Below, piece by piece: positions 35,435 to 47,648 of a stretch of 61,179 bases of DNA. The notes beneath the pieces were generated by a model. That model made no database searches. It had not been told where the DNA came from and worked only from the letters and a program-made list of their open reading frames with translations. Each line of letters starts with the position of its first letter. Within the stretch, counting starts at the first letter, position 1. Both the position numbers and the translations under genes were made by a program. The DNA comes from Perkinsus chesapeaki ATCC PRA-425 (taxonomy: Eukaryota > Protista > Perkinsozoa), in NCBI GenBank assembly GCA_013115145.1, contig JAAPAO010000152.1:1-61179 (forward strand), written 5' to 3'.

Positions 35435-36733
35435 GTGGCGCCCTGGGGATGCCTTCGAAATGTCAGGACCCTACTCGGGTGCAAAGCAAACGTGTTCGAC
35501 AAGGTTACAGCAGACGGCGCAATGCCTTTTGCGCTCGCCTTGGAGAGAGGGCACTTGGACGTTGCCAAGCTTCTCATTGATGCTGCTATACGACAGTACC
35601 GATATCGAGACCGGCACGTCGGCTTTATACACCCCCCACGAATGATGCAAAGCTTGGACGAAGTCCTAGACTGGACGATAGACAGATCGGCTTTGTTACG
35701 GGGCGACATCACTAGAATTGCGAGGGTGTCAAAACCACTAAGCGAAAATGAAGCTAAAGTTGATGGAGTTGATAAGCCAGCAGCAGCAGCAGTTGACGGC
35801 GATGCACCTAACGACGGAGAAGGGTCGAATACCAAGAAAAGACGTGGGGGTGTGATAAGGCAGACGAAGAACTCCAAATCAGCAGCTATTTACGGTAAAT
35901 TGGGCCGAGCGAGGCAGAGGATGTCAGTGACAGGCAATAGTTCCTTGCCCCACGTAGGGCCCCAGTACATTCCCTTTATTAAACTGCTGACAGCTCTAGG
36001 AGCCCGACTCAACCATGCTGTCACAGATGATGGCGGCACTCGTCTACATAGGGCAGCTGCCTTGGGAAAAGTGGAGCTTGTCGAGAGTCTTTGTTTGGGG
36101 AGGGCCGATATCACTCTCGAGGATGCTAATGGTATCACTCCCTTGGCAATCGCTGTCCAGTCGAGTACAGAATCTGACACAAAACTTGTCTCCACCTTGC
36201 TAAGATTCCGCGCTGATCCTCTCGCGCAGTTCCCTCGCGAGAGCGGTAAGGGTCCTCGTTGGACACCCATTCACTGTGCCGCGTCTCGTGGAGTTGTTGG
36301 CGTAGTGAAGTTACTGCTGGACTTCCGGGCAGACGCTGGAGCCTATGATGAGCTAGGGGAGACCCCTCTGCACTTGGCAGTCAGAGGCAACCACAAATCG
36401 GTGGTGAGCTGTATGACCCTGTTTGGCCTCAGAACCCTGGACGTGAATGCTACCGATCGTGAAGGCAACAGTCCACTAGACGTAGCTACCAGTATTCCCG
36501 ATAACGACTGTGAGGATGCCTTAGCATGCGCGGGGGCATCCCATAGTGTGTTCTGGTATATCGAGCAGGGTGACGTCGATGAGGTGGAGAGCTTAGCTCG
36601 ACGAGGGTATGTGGATTTTGAGCAAGTCAACGGTAAAGGGCAGACCCCATTTGACTTGGCAAGGAGTATGCCTGGGTATCTGGGGAAGACTATGGTACAG
36701 GTTTTGGAGCGGATAAGGAAAAGATCACTTTGA
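35435..36733 (+). CDS. Ankyrin-repeat protein; extra 5' exons likely from ~35090
   Basis: Repeats TRLHRAAALG, GITPLAIAV, WTPIHCAASRG, GETPLHLAVRG, GNSPLDVA and GQTPFDLA. Confidence 0.88.
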   Translation: MAPWGCLRNVRTLLGCKANVFDKVTADGAMPFALALERGHLDVAKLLIDAAIRQYRYRDRHVGFIHPPRMMQSLDEVLDWTIDRSALLRGDITRIARVSKPLSENEAKVDGVDKPAAAAVDGDAPNDGEGSNTKKRRGGVIRQTKNSKSAAIYGKLGRARQRMSVTGNSSLPHVGPQYIPFIKLLTALGARLNHAVTDDGGTRLHRAAALGKVELVESLCLGRADITLEDANGITPLAIAVQSSTESDTKLVSTLLRFRADPLAQFPRESGKGPRWTPIHCAASRGVVGVVKLLLDFRADAGAYDELGETPLHLAVRGNHKSVVSCMTLFGLRTLDVNATDREGNSPLDVATSIPDNDCEDALACAGASHSVFWYIEQGDVDEVESLARRGYVDFEQVNGKGQTPFDLARSMPGYLGKTMVQVLERIRKRSL

Positions 36734-36921
36734 TCTCCCACGCTTCTCCAGCTTCTGCTGGAAGTCTGGAAGAGACCGCGGTGGGCCGTTGAATAAAGCG
36801 ACGATGACATGAGGATAATTAAGAAGAGTCTTACGACGTTTGCATGATTCTGTTACTTGTCGATTGTTAATTCATTTTCAGTATCGAGTTGTAAGAGTAT
36901 CCTTGGTATCTTTGTAGTGTT

Positions 36922-38314
36922 ATGCCCCCTCGCAAATGCCCCTTGCCGCTGACGTGCCCGGAGTCGATAGACTCTCTTAGATCTGCCGACACTGACTGTT
37001 CCGCATGCCTCCTCGGCCTCGGGGATCCACCACTGCTGGCCTGCACCAATACATGCTCCCACGTATTTCATTATGATTGTATATCACAGTGGTCTAGTAG
37101 AGACAACAGGTGCCCGCAGTGTAAGAGACGTTTTCAGTGGATAGCCGAGTACGGTGAGGACGGCCAACGGCTGAGGTGGGCCCGGGAAGGTTTGGCCGGC
37201 TGTATAAAAGCGCCGCCGCAGATACTCACACTGCAAGCTAGTTCGACAGAGAGGCGTGGAGAACACAGAAGCAGCTGAGCTCCGATGTGAGGGCTGTGGA
37301 GATATCCTCCCCGAAGAAGCCGAGAGCCAAGAAGAGGATACCATATTGTGCACTGGGATGGAGGGGAGCTGTATGGCAACCTTTCATGGGTAGGCAGTGC
37401 TGACTTACCAATAATCTAACCTGTGTGTCGACCTATTACATTTCTTGAGTGCATAAGTTATTGGTGTCGACTATTTCAAGCACCGGTCTCTTCTCCCTAC
37501 TGCAACCTTTACAGTGTTATCACTGCTGTAGCGCCCATTTGCAGCAGTTGTTATACTGGAATTAGCATGCTTTTTATACAGCTTGGATGGTTTCATTATA
37601 AAGGCACTACGCATACCTTGTCAAGGTGTAAGCCATTTTATCGCCGATTTACATCTTTTCGTAAGAGCGCTTCATCTAGATCTGATTCAGTCGCTGCGCA
37701 GTGGATCTGCTGTATACCCGTCTAAAGGACCAAGGATATCACCGTAGCGACATCAATGAAGGCTTTTTGGTGAGCTTTTAAGGAGCACTATTGAGGTGCT
37801 CTTTATGACTGCCTTTCAGCATCTCTATTTTGCGTGTCCCTACTGCGAGGCCAACGGACTAGCGGAGCCGCCGCCGGCCAAGACGAGTGCTTCGACGAGG
37901 AAGCGGAAAAAGAGCGAACACCGTCGAGCAAAGCCCGCAAGTCGTACAGAGTTGACCCCGGCAACGGCCGAGGCTGATGACACTGCGCAAAATGGAGAAT
38001 TAAAAAAGCCTAGAAGGCCGGCTCATCACCATGCTGCGAGTGGCTTCTTGGTGGCTGATGGCGCAGTGCCTCGGGCAACTAGCAGCACTCCTCTGCCCGG
38101 TGCATTCAAGGATGCCTCTAATGGAGCCCTCGCTGACTTCCTGGCAAGGACTGCCCCTGATCCGAATAAGCCGGTCTCGCTTGCTAATGTATCTATGTAT
38201 AGGCAGCGACGACTGGCCAGGAAGGCTATGAGAGAGAGGGCGGCAGCGGCAGCGGCCTCGGCTCCGGTGCAAGAAAAGAACACCGGGCTGGAGGGCTCAC
38301 AGAAGCTCAGCTAA
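36922..38314 (+). CDS. RING finger plus PHD finger protein (PHRF1-like architecture)
   Basis: CSAC...CSHVFHYDCISQWSSRDNRCPQCKRRF (RING), then CEGCG...CTGMEGSCMATFH...FACPYC (PHD-like), then a basic tail. Confidence 0.78.
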
Positions 38315-38436
38315 CGTTAATGTAACTCAGTCTGTACAATTATTTCATCATTTTGCACTTGCTTTTGTTGAGTTTGTTGGGCGAGATACAGTGGAACTTT
38401 TCGGTTGAGATTTGCCTTTGGGGAACTGCTTGTTCA

Positions 38437-40177
<1,741 letters not shown>

Positions 40178-42114
40178 TTCATGATTGTATGCTTCTACGT
40201 CGGCGGCCAGTCGTTGGCCGCTGTTATCAGTGTGATGATTGTTGTTGCCTTCACATTGATTGTATATCAACCGCCTCACTCACTTTACCTGGGATATCCC
40301 AGACGCAATTGTGGGGCTTGGTACCGTTCTTGTCACCATTGCTGGCTAACTCTTGTGCTGCCATGCTGATCAATCCCTTTGGTCTCCCAGTGGCCATCAT
40401 CGAAAAGTGTTTTCTTATCAATTCATTGAGGGACTGGCCGCTTAGGGTTTACTGTTCAGTTCTTTCGAGACATGGAGGGCTCTGTACGGCAGGTGCATGC
40501 TCAGCGACTTAGAGCACACGCTGCTCCACCTCATCACTCTAGCAGAGTGCAGAAACTGGTTTGATCTCCTCGTTCCAGCTCCAGCCTTAATTCTCGTGGT
40601 CTCAGGTGCATCCACATGCTCTAGTTCTACCGTACCGGGCAATTAAGGAGGGAGACCCATATGTGGGAGGAGTTGTATACAGGACGGCACCCATTAAACA
40701 TCAGTAAGTTGTCGAGAATATTCTTCAGTGCACCTTTGTCGGTCTCTGTCGGCATTCTGTGGCCAACGTTGGCCAGTAATATTCGCTTACTCGGCTCGAC
40801 CATTGACCATCAGTCAACATGCCAACAAGTGATGGTTGTCTCATGTTAGTCTGCGTGTTAAAGTCCGCACCCCTGACAAGATTAGTACCTACGAACACGA
40901 CTACTCGTCGATAGCTATGAGACCTAAGTTGGAGGTGTGTGATGCACTATCTACAAGTAAGCACGGTCGTCTTTCCATTCGGACCTTCGGCGTCGCGAGA
41001 TTAACCATTGCGGGAACCATCGTCCACCGTGAATGTGTTCTGAACATAAAAACTTATTCTTGATGAGACTACTTCACTTGATCTATTGTGAAGGCCGTTT
41101 ATCCCGCGGTAACGAAGATCAAACAGTACATACCAGGTTCAGACGTGACCGGCATTAGCTCGTCGCGGAGTACTAGCAGCCGGTCAGCTGGAATGTCTAC
41201 AAGGGCAACCTTGAGCCGTTCATCTTCTAGTGGGCACATGTCGAGGCCAAAAGCACGTCGCTACACCGCTATCGAGACAGTGGAGAAGCTTCCGTGTCTT
41301 CAGAGGTATGTTTGTTCTTGGAGTAGTCTTCACGCACGAAAACGATACTTTGGTGTCTGAAAGGTCACTATCGGGTCCTGTAGCATTAGCCATCAACGAC
41401 TGGTCTGGGTCATGGTGGTCACCTAAAGCATACCCTCATGTAGGCATGCGCATGGCGTCAGAACGGGTATCATTGTCATTCAGATGTGCGAAGGAGGTAC
41501 CGATAAGCAACTTCATCTCCGGCAAATGGTCCACCGATTGAATCTTCGATCGCCTGATTTATTGAACCATGTTAATTAATCTAATACGTTGTTCGTTAGC
41601 CTACTGGCTGGTGTTCAGTCCCTCACTTACACGTCGTATTGCGCTGAGTCAGACAGTGCTGAATCTGACGCTGTCCAGTTTCTGATAGGGTTCATAGCTC
41701 AACTGAGCAACTGAGTAACTAACTCGAGCATTTGCCCTGTTATAGCAGTCACTAGTGTCGGCACATAATCGCATAAAAGTCTCAAGGAGCCACGAGTTAA
41801 CGATCCCACAGTAGAGACTTATCACAAGATCATCGTTATTTAAGGGCCATAGGCTATGGCATTTACTATATGCCAAGGGCCTAGCTTATAAGTTGAGCAT
41901 CAATGCACGCAGGTGCAATCTTCGGACATGTCTCTCTCATTCATAGCCCAACTGTGTGAGCTAAGTCATGGAGACATGATGTAGTATTTTCTCGAACAAG
42001 CATTCTCACTTGCGTTGTAGACTCATAAAGATAACCTTCTCCACATGGTACCGCGCGCTAACAGGCCGCTTAGAGCGACCCGAGTCTGGATGCCCGTAGT
42101 TGTTCGAGACACCA

Positions 42115-43345
42115 ATGCCTTCTAAACCAGCACCTGCCATTTCGCTGGTGGACGAGCTAACTCGGCTTCGACACCAAATTCGGGAATCTGCCGAACGAGT
42201 TCAGAAGCGGCAAGTGGCTTCCGAGCGTGCACGTTCACAGCTACCCTTTTCTCAATCGTTATCTGAATCTTCAGAGCATCGTGTGGTATGTGACTCCAGC
42301 TTTGCAGGAGTAGCAAAATATGGCAGCGAGCGTAAGGGTGAACATGGAAGGCGAAATTCACAAGCAAAGTCCGAATATCTTCAGCAGAAGAATCAACTGC
42401 ACTCTTATGTAAGTGGCCGAGGTAAAGTGCATCGAGATCGAGCAGCGAGTGACGTGTCGCGGCTTCAGATCCGGACTCTTGAGAATCGGCTGAGCCAGGC
42501 AGAATCACTACTTTCATCCCAGGCAGGAGCCAGCGACGCTATAGATCAGCTTAAGAGCTCGAACGCCGCACTCTCACAGCAATTGGCCGCCGCGAGGATG
42601 GCAGCCAATAAGTCAGCATACAATCGCTCACTTCAATGTATTGTTCTAGTACTTACCTAGGGGAGGACCTCTACTAGAGGTGCAACTCCCAACTTTCTAT
42701 CTAACGTTTGTGTAATGAAGCTGAATCGATTATTGTTTGTTGATTCCGATGAACCCGAAGTTGAATGGTCAACCTACCAACCTCTGTCTATGGTGTTTGA
42801 ATATATATGCCATGCAGGTACCGGGACCAGTGCGACAAGCTGAGGGAAGAGCTTAAGCAGTGTTATTCGGCTAATGACCAGAAATCTACATTTGCTATAC
42901 AAACATCAGGGTGTGTCATGGCTGATGCGAGGTCGCGTATAACTGCCCTTACTGAAGCGCTTGAGGTCAAGACTGTATGTTAGTCAATTGCACAACAGCC
43001 CTGCATTCGCGGTCTTATAGGCACAGTTCGAGCAGCTGAAGGACGAAGTGGCCAGACTTCGAGATGGAACACTGATCTCGAAGCTTAGCAACAGGGTGAG
43101 TGATCTGTACAAGGAGCCATCATTGCAATGGTTGGTTCGACGGTAAACTACGCTTCCGGCAGGTCTACCGCTTGGAAAAGGAAAATGCTCGGCTTAGAGG
43201 GGAGATGTCACATGTAGAGTCTCATGCAAGACACGATGATAACCTGGAGCGGTTCATGAGCGATCAGTCGAGAGCTGTCACGAAGTTTATGCATGAGACG
43301 AGTGATTTAGTGAGCCCTATCAGTGAAATCAGTTACATCATGTGA
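42115..43345 (+). CDS. Hypothetical coiled-coil protein, multi-exon
   Basis: Heptad-like segments (LENRLSQAESLL, LKSSNAALSQQL, LEKENARLRGEM) in co-oriented exons. Confidence 0.5.
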
Positions 43346-43463
43346 CTTATATGATGTCGGTTATTCCGACTGTACTCTACGCTTGAACAAACCGTGTTGC
43401 GCCAGTTGGTAAGCCGATTGTGCCAGATCATTCCAGGGTGTTTAAATTGTCAAATGCTCTCTC

Positions 43464-43496
43464 ACTGATACTATCAGTCTGATAAGCTATCAGACT
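43464..43496. repeat. Two overlapping short perfect inverted repeats
   Basis: ACTGATA-C-TATCAGT and AGTCTGATA-AGC-TATCAGACT. Confidence 0.85.
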
Positions 43497-43993
43497 TTGT
43501 AACATTTCGAGAATGCGCTCCATCGTTCGTTTCTATCGCACCTGTTGATTATGAGCGGTTCATAGTCAACAGAAAGTTCCTGTCAGTAACGCTATTCGAC
43601 CACCTAGTATGTTTGTCATGGGGGGAGGGAAGGCAGAGCGAAATTCAACTCAATGTGAGTCACACATTATGTGACTGAGGTTTGGACCGAACCGTGTGGT
43701 GGTGTCAATAAATGACGAAATGACAGTCACTTTGTGAGGAGCAAGAAGAGCCCTCACGAATGGGGATTGCGATACCTAGGCTGAAGGGGGTTTAGTACTT
43801 AAGCAGTACTGACCGGAGGCTTGCGCCATGAGAAGGCTTCTTGTGCGACATATAGAGTGGTAACTGCATCTTTTGCTGACAAAGTAAGATGATAGACACA
43901 CTACTGAAAAATAGAGCCCTGTATTATAGACGTGTATGACTAACATAGTTTAACAGGAACTCTACACTTTCTAATTATAAGCTGAACGATTCG

Positions 43994-44055
43994 CATTTGA
44001 GTACAGGGGCCCTGTACTCAAATGGGCCCTGTAACAGGGCCCGTGTTGATAACAC
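43994..44055. repeat. Chain of three abutting perfect inverted repeats
   Basis: CATTTGAGTACAGGG-G-CCCTGTACTCAAATG, GGGCCCTGT-A-ACAGGGCCC and GTGTT-GAT-AACAC. Confidence 0.9.
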
Positions 44056-45794
44056 TCTGCATACATCCATTGTAGAGGGTCGCGAGCTTCTGAAAATTAA
44101 TCGCTATGACCGATAACCGTCCGATTATTGGCTCGCCCCCGTGTCTACTGCTGATACACCCGAGTTAGCCTTCTGTCCGGTTAACGATCTACTTTGTACG
44201 GGTCTGCCCGCATGCGTTTAGGTTTCACGATGTGCCCGCTATCCTTCAGAAGCTCATGGACGCGAATTCGGGTTAGCGAATGAAGGGTATTTTGATAGTA
44301 TAGATTCTATGATTGAATAGCGCCCGGACATCAGATTCCACTAGTCGCGCACAAGAAAGAGGCCGAAAGAGCTGTGCCGTCCGAGGGAGAGCGCTACTTC
44401 TTTATCGCTCGCCTGAAACTGTCATATCTGTAACGGTTCTAAGATAACTGTTCTACAGTTCCTTCTGAATCTGAACCTATACTAGGGGAACCTATATATT
44501 AGGTGAACTTATATTGAGTTCTATCTGAACTGTTTGCGATATAGTTGGACTTCTATTTAGTCTATTCTAATCTATTAGTTGTGGTATCTATTTGTTAGTA
44601 TCTGCATCTATAGTCTAACCTAGTTATAACCTAACTCTTGCGTTTAACTAGTATCTTGAGCTCGTCTATCCACTCGCTCTACTATATCCGATTGCCCCTT
44701 CTAGTCGTGTTACAAGCCAAACGGGATGCTACTTAGATCTGGGACGAAATTATCTACTCGCGATCGCTCTGTTTTCTCTCATGATTCAACAGGTTTAACT
44801 CCGTCTGACGTCTCTACACCTCCTCCGTCTAACGACGCTACACCATCATCTAGAACAACGCCTAACCCTAGATCTTCTATGGTTTCTTCAATTACTTATC
44901 TAAGTCGTCCCGTACATTCTACCGGGATGTATCTCGATCTAGGTTGATCTACGTAACGTCTTCCTCAAGGCCGCTCACTCGGTCTTTCCTGAAGCGAACT
45001 ACTAATCTCCTCGAGAGGTTAGATATTAATTAGGAATTTTATATATGTTCCTAATTAGTCATTCTATGACTCATGATCGCATGTGTTATACTTATTCGTC
45101 TATTCCGTTCAAATTGTGTCACGCGGATTCTGTGACATGTGGAACTATTACGCATGCTTTCATCCTTTTCTAATTAAGAGCTATAACATTTCAGACTTGA
45201 TTATGGCTATCTCTTATCTATCGATGGTATCTACATGTGGCTTATGATACGCTCTATTTAATAGAGTCTATTATTCATTTACTCCGGTAGATAGGTTCAA
45301 TTCATTGTGTGGATTGTTTCGCACGCGTGCGCACTGTGCGCCACGGTCTACCTCTTTTTGTATGATATAATATTGTTATTTATATCTATGGTATACGGAT
45401 TGGTTCATTTGATAGATTCTATCGTGTCGTCTATCTAAATCCCGTAGTGCATCATGCTCTTATTCGACACAATCCTTGTCTATATTCATCGATACAGTTC
45501 TCGCTCGCCGAAGCGCTCTATTTTAGCTATCGTATACCCCTTCATTAATTCGAAAAGATGTGCTCTAATCATTGGTATCTTTTACCTTCACAGTTCTAGA
45601 TATCCTGCCTTGTTATGTCTGTTCATCAGGCCACTCTATAGTACAGAGTCTATACCACCCTCTAGTAGAGGGTCTCTACATGATGCTGAGGACAAGGTTC
45701 TAACTGGAGTGAGGTCTAAGATCTGGGAAAGAAATCCCAACGCTCTAGCTTTCAACGAGGTCTCTCTACCAGACTTGACGGTCTATAGGACTGA

Positions 45795-46853
45795 CAACAA
45801 GTTCCTTGGTGTAGGAAGTCTACTCTTCAGAGTCTGAAGTTCAGACGTACATGTGCCGTACAAGGAGGCCCTAATTTAAGAGAACTACATCTACAGTGTA
45901 GATTCTACACTATTTACCCTATCGACCTTCTATCCCGGTTAAGGTCTACAACCTTTATGAAGTGGCTCTACTTGAAGTCGAACTGGTGCCGAGTATGTCT
46001 ATCACTAGGATCGCTTGGCTGTCTATCCCTTACCATCTAAGGCAGTTCTACTATAGGTGGGTTTGTACGTCTAACTGCCGTCATTTGTCTATTGGGTTTC
46101 GTCTATCGATACTTGGAGTCTATCACACCAGAGGTTCTACTGGAAAGACAACAACCTTCTAGAGCTGTTATCAAGGTTCGCGCTCTAGGGGATAGCTTGT
46201 ATTATTCGATACTTCGTCTATCAGCGGTTGTAAAAAATTGTCTATTGCCCTGTCTCTTCTACAAAACCGATGGTGGCCCATCGCTATGTGATCTAATGGC
46301 ATTAGATTCTAGCTCTAGGGATTCTAAATCCTTAGGAAATAGGATAGGCTCTGCTATCCAGTCGGTCGTCTCTACTAGAGACTCTCTAGTAATCGCTGGG
46401 CTCTAGAGGTGGTTCTAGACTCTAGAATCTAGAGATGTTGGCCATCAGGCCTACATGTCCACCAGGGCGAGAGCCTTGTCTGCCCAAGCTGGCCTGGTGG
46501 CCAAGGATGTCGCACTTGGCGATCACCCTGGGTCCATCTTCATACCCGCATTCCAGGAGGCTCGCTCGATGTCGTCAGCCTATAGGGGTGGGAGAGTGTA
46601 TAGGGCCTTACTACTTGCATGGGAAGTCAGCGCCAAGCGCTCGCCCAACCGCAGGGCTAGTGATGTGGCTACGACTGTCGTTGATTCCTACCTCGCAGCC
46701 TACCAGATGCTTGGAGTCATCCTAGCGAAGAGATATGTCGTTGATAGGGGAGGGGAACTGCTGATGAACCCACTCCTACGTGACGGGCTGGTGGCATGTG
46801 CTAAGGCGCTGCGTGCTAGTGGCCAATCTGTTGGCACCGGCACCCAGAGCTAG
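45795..46853 (+). pseudogene. Decayed or short-intron-containing unknown reading frame
   Basis: One frame runs ~350 codons with only three internal stops (TAA 46038, TAG 46404, TAG 46416). ORFs 46092-46406 and 46455-46853 share this frame. Confidence 0.4.
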
Positions 46854-47197
46854 TGTGATGTTTCATCACTCTTGTAATCTTGCCAAATCTTGTGTATTCT
46901 CAACAGCGCGCCTGACTGTCCCTCTATTACTATACTACATAATCGTGACAGTGTCTCAAGCTTTGTGTCAGCTGTGGTAGTAGCCTATTTGAGTGTAGTA
47001 GTTCGATTATTATAACGTATAAAGAACGTAAGCTTCACGTTCAACTCCAAGCTCTCGGAGTACGCCACACACTAATACTTATCTATTACTTATATTGGTT
47101 GTGTTCTATCAAAGTTGGTCTGGTAACGGTTTAATATCCCTCATCGTAACACAACACTAGGCAAGTCAGCACGAAAAGATACGTTCCCATCTTGCGT

Positions 47198-47271
47198 TCT
47201 TGACTTCACTAGTGGTTTTCCACGTTCCACGGTCGGGGACCTTGCGCCGGGTTCGATCCCCAGGATCGGCA
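47198..47271 (+). ncRNA. tRNA-like or tRNA-derived element (degenerate)
   Basis: TAGTGG and GGTTCGATCC at tRNA-like spacing, plus a 5-bp stem with a 7-nt loop. No matching acceptor stem, non-canonical loop. Confidence 0.2.
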
Positions 47272-47648
47272 GTATTTGTGTATTTATAAAGCGTATCCAG
47301 AATCGTTTTCTAAAATTGTGTCTGTTGAACGCTGGTCAGAACCATTTCTCGGATCAACTCCAGAGTCGTTTGACGATTTTGAAAACGTGTTTTTAACGTA
47401 TAATCATTTTTCAAGAACGATTCTCAGAAACGGTTCCATAATCGGGCGACGAATTCCAGAATCCTATTGAACGGGCGAATAGGGTACGCGCCTGCTGCTC
47501 GGCTCCCGAACCTGGCATTCGCACAGATCTGGCTGAATCGAGGGGTAGATTTAAGCTTTGATTGATTTGGATTTGTTTCGAGTGTTATGTTGAAAAGTAC
47601 CGAAGCTTGAAGTCCTTCCTGGCCTTCTCAGTTTGAATCGCATTTTCC

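Noticed and set aside
37741-37750. ACCGTAGC as a spliced-leader relic (also near 52873)
   Set aside because: The match ends after 8 nt and the rest of the leader is absent.
46404-46418. TAG reassigned to Gln (alternative genetic code)
   Set aside because: Conserved genes in the window end at TAG (apyrase 50024, transferase 7686) and have no internal TAG.
47199-47215. tRNA-Sec suggested by CTTCA
   Set aside because: No anticodon stem, long D-arm or 9-bp acceptor stem can be formed.
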